Shown piece by piece: positions 1 through 11,152 of a stretch of 64,000 nucleotides of DNA. How positions within the stretch are numbered: the first letter of the stretch is position 1; each line of letters starts with the position of its first letter. The notes beneath the pieces were generated by a model. That model was not told where the DNA came from and ran no database searches. It saw nothing but the letters and a program-made list of their open reading frames with translations. The stretch is from Podarcis pityusensis (lineage: Eukaryota): NCBI GenBank assembly GCA_964106645.2, contig OZ067045.1; one strand, 5' to 3'. The translations under genes were made by a program, and so were the position numbers.

Positions 1-241
1 TTTGTATTTGGAAAAAACAAAAATCCAGTACACTAAAAGACTGTGTGCCCACCTCCCTCATACCCCCCAAAAGCATATCTGGAGCAAAAGCATCCAAGCT
101 ACTTTTGCATCCCAGGGATTATTCAGCTCCCTTACATAGCAAGGAAAACAAAAGTTGTCGGAGCCTGTCCAGTGTGTGTATGTGTGGTGCACACACACGC
201 ATATACACAACACCCTCTTTAGTTTGGAGGTGAAAGGTAAT

Positions 242-247
242 AATAAA
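242..247 (+). terminator. Candidate poly(A) signal of a convergent gene entering from the left (CHTF8/DERPC by synteny)
   Basis: AATAAA followed by a T-rich tract. Gene identity is inferred only from mammalian synteny. Confidence 0.35.
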
Positions 248-1365
248 TATACATCTGCTCTAATCAGAAAGTTTCTTCACTCTGCTCCTTGTTGATCAAT
301 TGGATTCACAGTGCCTGTGGGGACCGGGACGTTGTGTGGCCAATGTCAGCCAGTCTCCAGCATACAGGGCCTTCTAGTGCTTCTCTTGAGAAGCAAGAAA
401 GAGCCAACTTTGGAATACAGCTGCTCTAAGCAAATTCAGCAGCAACCTGTCTTAATTTTTTCCAAGCAAACAATTTTTTGTAAATCAAGGTCCACACAAA
501 TATGTCTAAACATAAATGTGCCTGCCTTATTTGGCATCTCTTTTATAACTCTGTTGAATTTAGAACCCCCTTTTTCAATAAGCAGAGTGGAGGCCAAAGG
601 AATAATACAAGTAAGCTACTAAAGAAGCATTCCTACTCAAAACACCTCTGAGATGTTTTGCAAATATTGCTTATACATTTTCAGAACTTTTTGTAAAAAT
701 ACGAATTGTGGAAACTTGGTTTGTTTTCTTTTAGCCATAAAAAGGAGGGAATCTGAGATTTTTCAGACCTCCACATTCTGCACGAATGGAATTGCAGAAA
801 ATCTGTGCCTTTGCCTATGCTGGAAGCATGTAGATGACAGTGGATTTACTACAGCAAGTGCCTAAGCACTTTGTTCCCATGCTGACCTGCTAGCTTAGGA
901 ACAGGCAAGGAACCACTGGTGGGCACTTCCATCTCAGCAATGTGAGTTTGGCATAAAAGCTGCCTAGAGCTTGTTGCCAGCTGAAGCTGGGACACCCCCC
1001 CCTTCCCTTTCAACACAGGCACCTTCTTGCCAGAGACTGGAATGAGTTTTAAGGGCTGGTCAGAGATGCAGATTGTGAATCAAGAAATGGCTTTTAGACT
1101 GGGTGGCAGTGGCCTCCCAAAAGCAGCACCACTGTCCTCAGTTTCTCCCCCTTCTCTGAGTTGGAAGTGTAAAGTGGCCATGTTGGCAGAGCACCAGGGG
1201 GAGAGGAAGTCTGTAGGAGAAGCACCAGAAAGTTAGGAGGCCCAGGCTAAGCAGAGGCCAAGAGAGAGAGGCTGGTCCAAAGGAAGATCTCCAGACAGGC
1301 AGCTCTGTTCACAGCATTAAAGTATTTTAACACCCCTACCCAAGCATAACAAATATGGTCTAGAA

Positions 1366-1525
1366 CACTGGTCTTCAACTGGTGGGTCATGGCCTGCTCT
1401 AAGATTGGTCGGGCACTACCCCCATGCAAATATTGTGGAAGGTTAAGCAACAGATCTCTACATGCATGCTTTGGTTAAAAGTGGGACCTGGGACTGAAAA
1501 GATCCAAAAAGGTTGAAGATACCTG
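1366..1525. mobile_element. hAT-type MITE
   Basis: TIRs CACTGGTCTTCAAC / GTTGAAGATACCTG. Degenerate 8-bp TSD GTCTAGAA / GTCTACAG. Confidence 0.65.
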
Positions 1526-1533
1526 GTCTACAG

Positions 1534-1645
1534 CAGCCTTCCCCAAGCAGATGTTGTTGGACTCCCAGCTCATACCAGCTCCAGCCAGCAATGTCAGGGA
1601 TGACAGGAGTTGGAGTTCAATAACTGGTCAGGGAACTGGAAGTCC
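1534..1645. mobile_element. Palindromic MITE family copy (ACTACAACTCCCATCA...TGATGGGAGTTGTAGT type)
   Basis: Internal inverted repeat matching the family seen many times in this window. Confidence 0.65.
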
Positions 1646-2601
1646 CTACAGCATCTGTAGGGCCACTTGCATGATCCGTAGTCCTGGACTAAAGAGGGAG
1701 GTAGCAATAGGTGGTCCACCCTCTAAAACTCCAGAAGGAGCTGAAGACATTTGACCAATCCAGTTTGCAACCTGTTTTATCGAATTCACAGTAGCTGTGG
1801 CTCATGCTGTATTGGGCCAATCAGGGAGCTTTCAAGTATTTTGTGTTTGTTTAGAAATGGGCAGCCTAGTCATGTGATGTATTCTTTGGGCAACAGCATG
1901 TTCCCGCTATGGCCCAAACATGGTTTTTTCTACTGCCAGCCTTTCCTTCTCAGTAAATTTCCCTCCAGTCCTGCAGCTGCAGTGATTACAGGCAGAAGGG
2001 AGCCCCTCTTGGAAGGAGCACATGTTCTGCCCTGTCACCCCACCTGCTGTGGGGCCTCTGCCTAGAAAGCAACCCCTTGACGTCAGTCGCTCAAGTCCCA
2101 CTTGTTTCTCCCATGAACAGAGAATAACCCTCACAAACTCCTTAAAGCTCTTCCTAGGGAAGATAAAAAACCTATTGATGTTCTCTTCGCTGGGCACAGA
2201 AGGGCCCCTTCTTTAATAGATCTCTACGAGGAGATTATTATTGCTCCCTGTAAAAACTGCACCCCCCTCGTCCCTGCCACATTGGTGCTATTCTGGGGAG
2301 AGGCAGTGTCATTTGCATAGAACGACAGGGACACCTGGTGGTGGAAACTTTTCCCAGGAGCTATTGAGCTTTCTGCAGGGGCAGGATCCGGAAGCCCACC
2401 GAGCAGGATCCCTTCTGTGAGGCTCTGGCTTCCTTCCCCAGTGATGCACTCCTGAATCTGCCAATTTGCTTCCATTTCAAAACTGGATCAGGTCCTGAGC
2501 AGGGTCGGGGGGCCAGCCCTCCTGAAGCCCCACAACTATGTGGGGAAACGCTGCCAGTCCTTTGCCATTATTGCACTCCCCGCCCCCCACCCTCATCCTC
2601 A

Positions 2602-3525
2602 TCACACCTCCGCAAATGCCAAGCTGTACTCCTCCTGGGGCTTGCTGCAGCGCCGTGCCACGATTGCCAGGTAAAGGGTGAGCAGCGCCACCCAGTAGCA
2701 GGCATAGAGGATGGCTCCCGAGATGAGGAAGACCAGTTCCGTGTCTGTGAAGAGGTCCTGGTAGTAGGCAGTGTAGGCCAGCCCACCCAGCAGCACTGCC
2801 ACCCAGACGGAGACTGGGATGAGGCCGATGAAGTTGACCACGATGGTCTTGCGGCCGGAGGTGCCCCAGCCGGACTTGGTGATGGTGGCGATGGCGAACA
2901 TCTTGGCCGGCAGGAGGCTGGACATGTACAGCAGGGAGTAGAGGGACATGAAGATCATCTCGATGTTGCCGCGCAGGAAGCAGGCGTAGGTGGCCTTGAT
3001 GACGCCCACCAGCTGCACCGTCAGAAGGAAGAGGAGGATGTTCCAGACGCGCCCGCGGTAGAAGAGCTGGATGACGGTGGCGATGAGGAAGAAGGGGAAG
3101 AAGCCCGTCACCACTGACTCGTAGGTCATCCACAGGTGATGCTTGTGGAACCAGAGGGCGTTGTAGAGCCACTCCCGGAAGTAGGACTTGCTCCAGCGCG
3201 TCTGCTGGTTGAGCCAGCGGAGGTACCTGGTGGGCGTCTCGGTCAGGCACTTGGAGCGGGCCGTGTACTTAGTCCGGTAGCCCAGGCTCAGGACCCGGTT
3301 GGTGAGGTGGCGGTCATCCCCGAAGCTGCACTTGCTGCCCAGGAATGTCTGGTTGTACCAGTCCTCCAGGAACTGCTGCAGCAGGGCGTTGCGGTACATG
3401 CCCAAGGGGCCGCTGATGCACTGGACACAGCCAAAGTAGGACTGGCAGGCCCGCTCCACGTTGAAGGCCATCCAGTAGCGCACACTGCTCAGGAAGGAGA
3501 TCCACGAGTCGTACTTGTTCAGGAT
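2602..3525 (-). CDS. HAS3: Hyaluronan synthase 3, last coding exon (924 nt including TGA)
   Basis: Acceptor CCCCCAG|ATC. Translates [31 protein letters not shown]...GDDRHLTN...[12 protein letters not shown]...SLAFAEV*, with the GT2 GDD and QxxRW motifs, C-terminal TM helices and a HAS3-type C-terminus. Confidence 0.97.
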   Translation of the reverse strand: MLNKYDSWISFLSSVRYWMAFNVERACQSYFGCVQCISGPLGMYRNALLQQFLEDWYNQTFLGSKCSFGDDRHLTNRVLSLGYRTKYTARSKCLTETPTRYLRWLNQQTRWSKSYFREWLYNALWFHKHHLWMTYESVVTGFFPFFLIATVIQLFYRGRVWNILLFLLTVQLVGVIKATYACFLRGNIEMIFMSLYSLLYMSSLLPAKMFAIATITKSGWGTSGRKTIVVNFIGLIPVSVWVAVLLGGLAYTAYYQDLFTDTELVFLISGAILYACYWVALLTLYLAIVARRCSKPQEEYSLAFAEV

Positions 3526-3659
3526 CTGGGGGAAAGAGGCAACACTGCATCATGGGCCCTCCACAACCCTCCCTCCAATGGACAGGTTGGCTCCTGTACC
3601 AGTTTTCTTTACCCACAGATGCGTATCAAGCTGACCTGTGGCTGACCCCAATTATTGAG

Positions 3660-3795
3660 GGACAGAAGGCCTCCTCTTCCAGCTGTTTTGGACTACTACT
3701 TCCATGCACCCCATCCAGCAAGCTGCAGGACACTGAGCCTGATGGGAGTTGTAGTTCAAAACAGCTGGAAGAGGACCAACTCTGGGAAGGCTGCC
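3660..3795. mobile_element. Palindromic MITE copy in the last HAS3 intron
   Basis: CCAGCTGTTTTGGACTAC...GTAGTTCAAAACAGCTGG inverted arms. Confidence 0.7.
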
Positions 3796-3864
3796 CGAAG
3801 GAGCCATCCCCGTGAGCATTATCTGAGCCAGACACTGCACGGCCATGTGCTCTCAGGTCCACAC

Positions 3865-3966
3865 CTGGACATCCCCGCCAACTCCACCGACGCGAGGATC
3901 CTCCTCCATGATGCGCAGCATCTCCACTGTGCAGGCTGGATCGAGGACTGTGTCAGAGTCACACAC
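3865..3966 (-). CDS. HAS3: Hyaluronan synthase 3, middle coding exon (102 nt)
   Basis: CAG|GTG...CAG|GTGT boundaries, phase 0/0. Translates [34 protein letters not shown] (DxD motif). Not present in the ORF track. Confidence 0.96.
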
Positions 3967-4311
3967 CTGCCAGGGAAAGAAAAACACCCTGTCAGGACAC
4001 CCTTGTCTGTCCCTTCCTTAAGGAACGTTCACACAAATGGCAGCTTCTTTTTGACAAATATTACACTGTTTGTATGGGGAGAGAAAGCGTACATATGGAC
4101 GTTTCCTTCAAGTGGAATGCACGCCCCCACCTCCTTCAGAACAATTTTGCATGCTGCCCTGGGGGACCCTGCTCCACACCTTCCCAGGGAGTAAAGGGCT
4201 CTTTTGCATGCAGGGTGGAGGAGAACTGCAACTTTCCTGAAGCTCCAGTGAGAGGAGGGCCAGGGAAGGAGAATGAGGAATGCACTCAGATCTCTGTGCC
4301 TGTGCATATTG

Positions 4312-4325
4312 AGTGTGTGTATGTG

Positions 4326-4362
<37 letters not shown>

Positions 4363-4380
4363 ACATACATACATACACAT
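4312..4380. repeat. (TG)n/(CA)n microsatellite
   Basis: Short TG tract followed by a long CA tract. Confidence 0.9.
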
Positions 4381-4642
4381 AGTACCTGAGAAGACAATTA
4401 ACAAGTTTAACTAATGATAATAATAAGTGTAAGTGTAAGTGAATGATAGAGAAGTGACACAAACTCTCCTGGACACTTCTTCATGTGAACACAGACCGAA
4501 CGTGGCAGGGAGGTGGATGTCACACCAGGTACAGACGAGAGAGGGAGCCGGTCTCCATTGCCAAACAGGCATTGTAAGGTCCCCAAGCAGGTGAAGGCAG
4601 AAGAATCACAGGGCATCTGCACCCAAGAGAATGTACGGTGAA

Positions 4643-4794
4643 GGGCTTTAGCTTAGTAACAGAGCACCTGCTTTGCATGCAGAAGGTTCAATCCCCAAGG
4701 GCATCTCCTGGTCCCCTACCTGAAACCCTGGACATGTATGATAATAGTGAACTAGATGGACCAGGGGTCTTGACTGTATAAGGTAGCGTCCTAT
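4643..4794 (+). mobile_element. tRNA-Ala-derived SINE
   Basis: Head TAGCTTAGTAACAGAGCACCTGCTTTGCATGCAGAAGG and tail CTAGATGGACC...GTATAAGG...CCTAT. Confidence 0.75.
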
Positions 4795-5481
4795 ATTGAG
4801 GGGGCAGCTGATACCTGTTCAGCAGCCATGCAGGCCAGAGAAGGGGGATCAGGCCCAGCTGAAGAATCCTGCATTTTTGGAGGGCAGGGAAGCAGAAAAC
4901 AGAAGCAAATCCCAAAATGAGAGATACAGTATGGGCATACCCTGCATCTGCCTCCTCTCTTATGCAAGGAGCCCAGAGCTGGTCTATTCAGACAGCAGAA
5001 TGAAATGGAAGAATGGACTGCAACACTTTTCACCTCCAGGTCCTGTTTTGAATGCCTCCATAAGTTAAAACCTCCTGTAAATTGAAAAGCAGAGCACCTA
5101 GCAAAGGGCTGAGGTACCACCTCTCTCCTTTGCCTGCCAGTTTTCTGCTTGCAAGGAGGTCCCCCAGAAGGTGCTGAAGGCACATTAGGCCATCATATTG
5201 CTGAAGTGATGCAGGTCTGGGGCTGGTCAGCACTTGGATGAGAGATTGCTTGGGAACCATGCTTGGGTTCCATTATGAAAGAAAGGGGTGTGTATATATG
5301 GAATATATCAATATATATCTACCCTCAATTACATTCTGCCATCCCTTTCTGTTACACCTGCTGCTCAGAACTACAGTGCATTAGTGGAAGGGAGCAGAGG
5401 AGAAGCCTCTGAGCTTACACCAGGGTGAAAGAAGAACTGTTTTCCTGCTGTCAGATTGGAGGCTGAGTTATGAGCTCAGGA

Positions 5482-6036
5482 GGAACATTGGAAGCTGCCT
5501 GGATCCATCTAGCTCAGTGTTGCCTGCACTGATCAGCAGCAGCTTTCCATGGTTTCAGACGGGTCTCTTCCAACCCTACCTGGAGATACTGGGGATTGAA
5601 CCTGGGGATTGAATCCACTGCTTTGCAACTCGATTGTGGCCTTTCCTTAAAAAAGAAATCAAGATTCCAGTCCTCAAGATTCTATACAAAGGGCTTAAGG
5701 AACTGGGGAAGCTGCCTTATACCAAATCAGACCATTTGTCCACCCAGCTCAGTATTGTCCACAGTAGCTTTCCATCCTTCCCAAGCTGGAAATGTCACTG
5801 GGGAGTGAACCCAGGACCTTCAGCATGCAAAACAGGTGCTCTACCACTCAGGATCATAGAAAGCTGTCTTATACTGAGTCAAACTATTGGTCCATCTTGC
5901 TCAATATTGTCTCTACACTGACTGGCAGCGGCTCTCCAGGATTTCAGGCAGGGGTCTCTCTCCCACCCTCCCTGGAGATGCCAGGGATTGAACTTGGAAC
6001 CTTGTGCATTCAAGGCGGATGCTCTACCACTGAGCT
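5482..6036 (-). mobile_element. Cluster of three tandem tRNA-Ala-derived SINE copies
   Basis: Copies at about 5482-5615, 5698-5850 and 5851-6036, each with a GGAAGCTGCC tail and GATTGAACC B-box remnant. Confidence 0.8.
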
Positions 6037-6395
6037 AAGGAGAAGCAACCAGCTGCTCCAAAGAGGGGCTGATTACATGTTCAGGCCCCAGAGTGTGAAG
6101 AAGCAGCTCATTGTAGCCCTGCTTCCCTCTTAAGCTCACAGCACCAATGTATCAGGGTGCAGGGAGACAGAGAGCTGCCATTTAGGGCTGTGTTTACTAT
6201 GGGGGCCAAGGAGCCCAGACCCAAGTATCTCTCCAAATCATTTTGCATGTAGCTAATACTCCCCCCTCCCTTTTTCTGCTTTCTGACAAGTGCCTGGGTT
6301 GTGGGATGAGCATGAATGGGAAAACACAGAGAAGGAAGAGCAACAACAGGCTAGCAAGGGCAAGGAGCAGGGCTCCGCCCCCCCCCAACACTCAC

Positions 6396-7016
6396 CTGCA
6401 CGTAGTCGACAGAGTCTCCAAGGGCACAAAAGGCCGTGTACATCACCTCGCGCTTCCCACCCCACTTCTGCATGATGCAGGTATAGGTATTGTGCCGGAC
6501 GAGGCTCTGGATGTGGCGCATGGCCCTGCGGCGGCCAGCCTCCGACTCGCCCTTCCCCCGGGCATGGAAGTTGCTCTTCCACACGTAGCAGCCTGTCCGG
6601 TCGGAGCCCATCACCTCGTTGAAGATGTCCAGCATGTAAACATCGTCCTCCCCGTTGCCATCCACCACCATGACGACCTTGAGGTTGGGGAAGGAGATGC
6701 GCTGGATGGAGCGCAGGCATTTGCGCAGGTAGTCGGGGTCCTCCTGGTAGGCGGCGATGCAGAGGGCCACTGAGGAGCGCAGCTTCAGGGGCCGGCCCTC
6801 CAGGCGCATCTGCCGGTGCTCCAGGAAGGCAAAGAGGCTCTGGATGAAGAGGTGGAGGCCCAGGATGGCACCATAGAGCCCAAAGGAGAGGTAGTGCTTC
6901 TCGGTGTGGATGAACTGGTAGCCTGTGACGTAGGCAGCAAGGATGCCCCCCAGCACCACCACGGCAAAGAGGCTGGTCCCAAAAACACGCAGGGCTGTGG
7001 AGAGCCTCACTGGCAT
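6396..7016 (-). CDS. HAS3: Hyaluronan synthase 3, first coding exon (621 nt)
   Basis: Acceptor CTCTCCAG directly followed by ATG. Translates MPVRLSTALRVFGTSLFA...IAAYQEDP...VVDGN...QKWGGKREVMYTAF...DYVQ, then donor GTGAGT. The three exons give 548 aa. Confidence 0.97.
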
Positions 7017-7284
7017 CTGGAGAGGAGGCAGAGAGGCCTGGTTAGACTGTGGCCACAGAAACAGAAGCAAGAGCCCCCCTGACTCCTTGGTGGCAGCAGC
7101 GGTGTCCCTTCAGAGGGTGCTGGGCTCCAAATCCCATCAGCCCCAGCCAGCATGAGCAGTGGTGACCGGAGTTGAAGCCTAACAACTTCTGGAGGGGTGC
7201 CCCTGCTTTTCAGATCTTATTGCATTACAACTCAGAGGAAGAACAGAGAAAGGCAAGGTGTCCTGTACAGAGTGGGGCAATTAT

Positions 7285-7432
7285 TGACCCATCTAGTTCA
7301 GCACTGTCAACTCTGACTGGCAGTGGCTCTCCAGGGTTTGAGGCTAGGGGCACTCCCAGGTCCACATGGAGATGCTGCCAGGAGGTGAACCGGGGACCTT
7401 CTGCATGCAAAGCAGGTGCTCTACCACAATGC
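7285..7432 (-). mobile_element. tRNA-Ala-derived SINE
   Basis: Same family consensus. Confidence 0.75.
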
Positions 7433-7789
7433 TGCAGCATTTCTGCATTAGCACTATGGCCGACAGTCAGAGGTCACCTGACGGGTTGTGTTTTTACCCA
7501 GCCTTTAATCTGGCAGGATCCCAGGGCGGTTTACAATTAGTGCACTAAAAACAGCAATAAAAATAACTGTGGAACAATACTTCAAACAAAGGATGCAAAT
7601 AAGCAATCAAACAAAACTATAGCACTGTAGGAAACAGACAGTTCTGCTTTCAGCTGCTCTGGCTCAGGCATTTTCAGTTGCCCCCACCCCAGGACTGCAT
7701 GAAAAGCTTTTGCAGTTGATGGCAGTGGCAGGAGAGCCACATCTGCCTGGCAAGTACTACACGCGCACCCCTCTGATACTCTGGATGCA

Positions 7790-7937
7790 GCAGGGAGCCT
7801 GGGAAGTCTGTGGCCCGCTAGGTCTTCTTTGACTCCAACTCTCATCATCCCTAAGGCCGGGCCACGCTGGGTCCGCGGGCTGTTGGGAGTTGTAGTCCAG
7901 CAACATTTGGAGGGCGCCAGGTGCGCGGAAGAGGCTG
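7790..7937. mobile_element. Palindromic MITE copy at the edge of the HAS3 CpG island
   Basis: GACTCCAACTCTCATCA...TGTTGGGAGTTGTAGTC arms. Confidence 0.65.
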
Positions 7938-8839
7938 CAGGAGAGCGCCGCTGGGCCAGGCTGTCGCTGCGCCTTCTTGCCACGGAACCTCGCCAGGGGT
8001 CTCCCGATTGGAGAATTCCAGGGATCGACTCCGAGAACCTCGTGTCCGCAACTGCAAAGCGCGCCTGATCCTGCCCGGCTAGGCAGCGGCCCTGCACTTC
8101 CACAGCCTGACCTGCTGTGCGCGCATGAGAGCAACGAGGGGAAATGCACCCGGGGCGCCTCTGGTGTCCCGGTGAACTCGCAGCCCCATAAGTTTGGGCT
8201 GGGGGAGTACAGGGCGCAACCCCATAGCACCCTCTTTCCCCCATGCCGCCAAGCCTGGACTCCGCGGAAGCCCCTTATTCTTCCTCACCATGCCCGGTCT
8301 TGGGGAAAGAGAGCGAAACGGTGCATTTGCATCGCCCAGTCTCCGTAGGAGCGGAACCAGGCTGGCAGGAGCGGGCAGACCCGGCAGAGAGATGGGCTCT
8401 TCGCAACAGGCGGGCGGGATTTTGGGGTGCGCCTCTACGGACAAAGGCAGAGAGGGCGGTGATGGTGGCCCCGAACCGAGCCTCGCAGGAGGCAAGCCCG
8501 ACGGGGCGGCGGAAAGCCCTGTAGGAGAGGCTGAGGCTCCCCGGAGCCCAGCTCAGCCCGAAGCGGGAAAGCAGATGAGAATGCCTTGTCCCTGTCCAGG
8601 GCCAGCCTGAAAGGCTGAGACCTTGGTCCAGAGAACAGTGTCCTCCTCCCCTCCCCAGGTTTGGCTTTGGAGCGAAGGCGAGCCCACCGCAGAGCATGTG
8701 CAGAGCGCTTTCCCCCTCCACCAGCCAGAACCAGCACATGCGGCTCCTGCGCCTCGGGGAATCGGGTGTGGCACGTGTCTTTGCCAAGTGATGGACGGCC
8801 ATCGCCCTCCCGCACCCCGGCCAGGGACCTCGGACTCAC

Positions 8840-8890
8840 CGTGCCGCGGCTTCCCCCCGGCCGCTCCCGCCTGCTCAGCTTGGCGCGGCG
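8840..8890 (-). other. HAS3: Probable non-coding exon 1 of HAS3 (5' boundary uncertain)
   Basis: Consensus donor GGCACG|GTGAGT at 8840/8839 inside the CpG island, downstream of GC boxes. The first coding exon starts at an acceptor, so an upstream exon is required. Confidence 0.6.
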
Positions 8891-9504
8891 CTTTTGATGA
8901 GGAGGGAGGCGCCCAGCCCAACCCCAGCCTCGACGGGGCGGGGGAGGAGCGCGCAAGGGGCAGAACCAGGCCTGCCCCCCTCCCGAGGTGCCACCCACGC
9001 GCCGCCGCCCCGCTCGAGCCCCGACGGATTCCACGCCTGCCCCACTCAGAGGCTGCACAAGCGGAGTCAGGTCGGGACTGAAAGAAAGGTCGCTAAAGGA
9101 AAGGCAGAGTGGGGCTGGGGGCTGGGTAGCCTTCCATGCGAAGCCCCCAACTCTGGTCCTGTCACGTCCAATGCCAAGGGTCGGTTGGGAGCCGGCTGGG
9201 GGAAGCGGGGTAGGGGGACCGGCTCAAGACGGGGTGTGTGAATGTGAGTGAGTGAATTGAAACACTCGTGAATACATCCCCAAAAAGTCACCTCCATCCT
9301 TGCAGGCTGGAAGTTGCTACCCATACATCTGGAGAGATACCTCCTTGAAGGGCACACTAACGCAGAAGTTACTTCCCACCCCTAGCTCGCATGGTGCTTG
9401 TGCCCAGCATGTGGGGGTTCATTGCAGCCTAAAGACCAAAGCGGGGTGGGATCCTGCCCCTTTCCTCCTAGGTCACTGCCAAGCCACCCTCTTTCTCAAC
9501 CTTC

Positions 9505-9630
9505 AACAGCCTTGTGCCCTCCGGGAGCTTTGAACTACAACTCCCATCAGTCCCAGCCAGTACCTGGCTGAGTCTGATGGGAGTTACAGTCCAAGACATC
9601 TGGAGGGCAGCAGCCTGGCGAAGGCAACAG
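9505..9630. mobile_element. Palindromic MITE copy
   Basis: ACTACAACTCCCATCAG...CTGATGGGAGTTACAGT. Confidence 0.7.
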
Positions 9631-10624
9631 TGAGGAGGATTGAAAGGTTCCTCCACATGCAGACTGACAGAGGCTCAGGTTCTTGCACACACACTTATTT
9701 TCCATGCAGGGACCTGAATAAAAGATGAGATTTCCACTGAGGCAACTCAGCTGCCCTTGCTGGTGGCCCCTGGCATCAGAGAAGCAGCACAGGGAGAGGG
9801 GGAAAAGCCTCAAAACCAGAATCATGGGGTACCCTAAAGATTTATTCTGGCAATAGCCTTCCTGGCCTGAAATCCACTGCATCGGATTAGGTCCCAATAA
9901 TTAGGAGCATCCTTTGTACATTGGATGAAACAGTCCACAAGAGCTCCTGCCATCCTAAATCTGTTAGCCTTTAAGGTACGATAAAAGTCTCTTGTCAGTT
10001 TTGTTGCTAAAGACTTGCAGAGAGTCCTCTCCAGAAGGAGCTGCAACAAACAACTCCCATCACAGCGTACCCAGTCTTTTTTCTGCCAGTCAGTATTAGG
10101 GGCTGCAACGTTTCATTGATTAATCAATTAAAAAAGCTTTTAATTCACTACGAAGCTGCCTTCAATAAATCAGGAAGCAGATTTATTTCAATATATATCA
10201 TTTCCAATGCAAAGATTTGTAACAAGTGCAAGTGGCTAAGCACAATATTAGAAGGTATATTCTCCCTTCTTCCTAAGAGAGGAAATGCCTTTTCCTAGAG
10301 AAGATCTGCTGTGAAACATGTATGTCGATTGTCTAAAAACAAAGCAAGCCATTTGCTTCAAAATTATTGTTTTTACTTACACAAATTTAACCAACTAAAT
10401 CCAAACAAGAAATCAACAAACAGTCCTACTCATTATACAAATGAGAATCACCTTTTTATCTGCTCTTTTTTCAGTGTCTCTGGCTGAGCAGAGTCAGAAC
10501 ATCTAAAAATATTAAGAAGACGACTTAAGAACTCCCCCACCTTTATCACAAATATATTTTTCTACAGCCTCCTGACAAAGGATAGAGTTAGCAAAGATGT
10601 CATGAAAAACACCAACTTAGCTTA

Positions 10625-10841
10625 GGCTGTGTACACACTTCCATTTACTGTGCATCCAATGCACCTCCACCCTGCTGATGTGGGAAGTGGTATATACACC
10701 AAGTTAGCCACAATCCATATCTATCCTGTTGTTTCTTAGGAAATACTGCATTCTGATGCATTTCCCCCCAAACCACCTTCGATCCACATTGAGAAAAATA
10801 ACAGCCTGGCTGCATTTCAAGTTGGTGATGTATACACAGCC
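10625..10841. mobile_element. PIF/Harbinger-type MITE
   Basis: TIRs GGCTGTGTACAC / GTATACACAGCC, flanked by a TTA 3-bp TSD on both sides. Confidence 0.7.
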
Positions 10842-10844
10842 TTA

Positions 10845-11085
10845 GATGGCTTTAAAAGTGGGGAGATTAAGGGTACTGGGAGTAGCTAAAGGGAAGGATA
10901 AAGAGGGTGATGCTGTCAGTGGCTGCTAGCCAGGATGCCGGCATGCTACCTGCAGTATCAGAGGCAGTAGTTGAGGAACATGTGCTAAGAGGTCCCCATT
11001 TCCTACTTGTGAGCTTCCCATTGAAGCATCTGGTTGGCCACTGTGGAAAATGAGATGCTCAGATAGATGGGTGTTCTTAAGCATT
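10845..11085 (+). mobile_element. Degenerate CR1-like LINE 3' fragment
   Basis: Resembles the reverse complement of the 59050-59420 copy (GATGGCTTTAAAAG...CATCTGGTTGGCCACTGTG). Confidence 0.55.
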
Positions 11086-11151
11086 TTTAGTTTTGGGTGA
11101 TATCTATGATCATTTTGTTCTTGTGTGAGAGAGTTGCAGTGAAGCCACTTA

Positions 11152-11152
<1 letters not shown>

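Larger units (their letters stand above)
7750..9250. promoter_or_regulatory. HAS3: CpG island / HAS3 promoter region
   Basis: Sharp rise in GC and CpG density. GC box GGGGCGGGGG at about 8935-8944; CRE/CCAAT-like GTCACGTCCAAT at about 9161-9172. Confidence 0.8.

Noticed and set aside
2477-3645. Long alternative-frame (257 aa) and antisense (169 aa) ORFs over the last HAS3 exon; similar ones at 6243-6773
   Set aside because: Expected shadow ORFs from very high GC3 codon usage. They have low-complexity Pro/Arg/His/Gly composition and no recognisable domain.
7017-7070. N-terminal extension of HAS3 in the ORF track (MLLFLWPQ...)
   Set aside because: It is the polypyrimidine tract and acceptor of intron 1.
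7582-9251. Dense overlapping 100-220 aa ORFs on both strands
   Set aside because: Stop-codon scarcity in a CpG island, with no protein-like signal.
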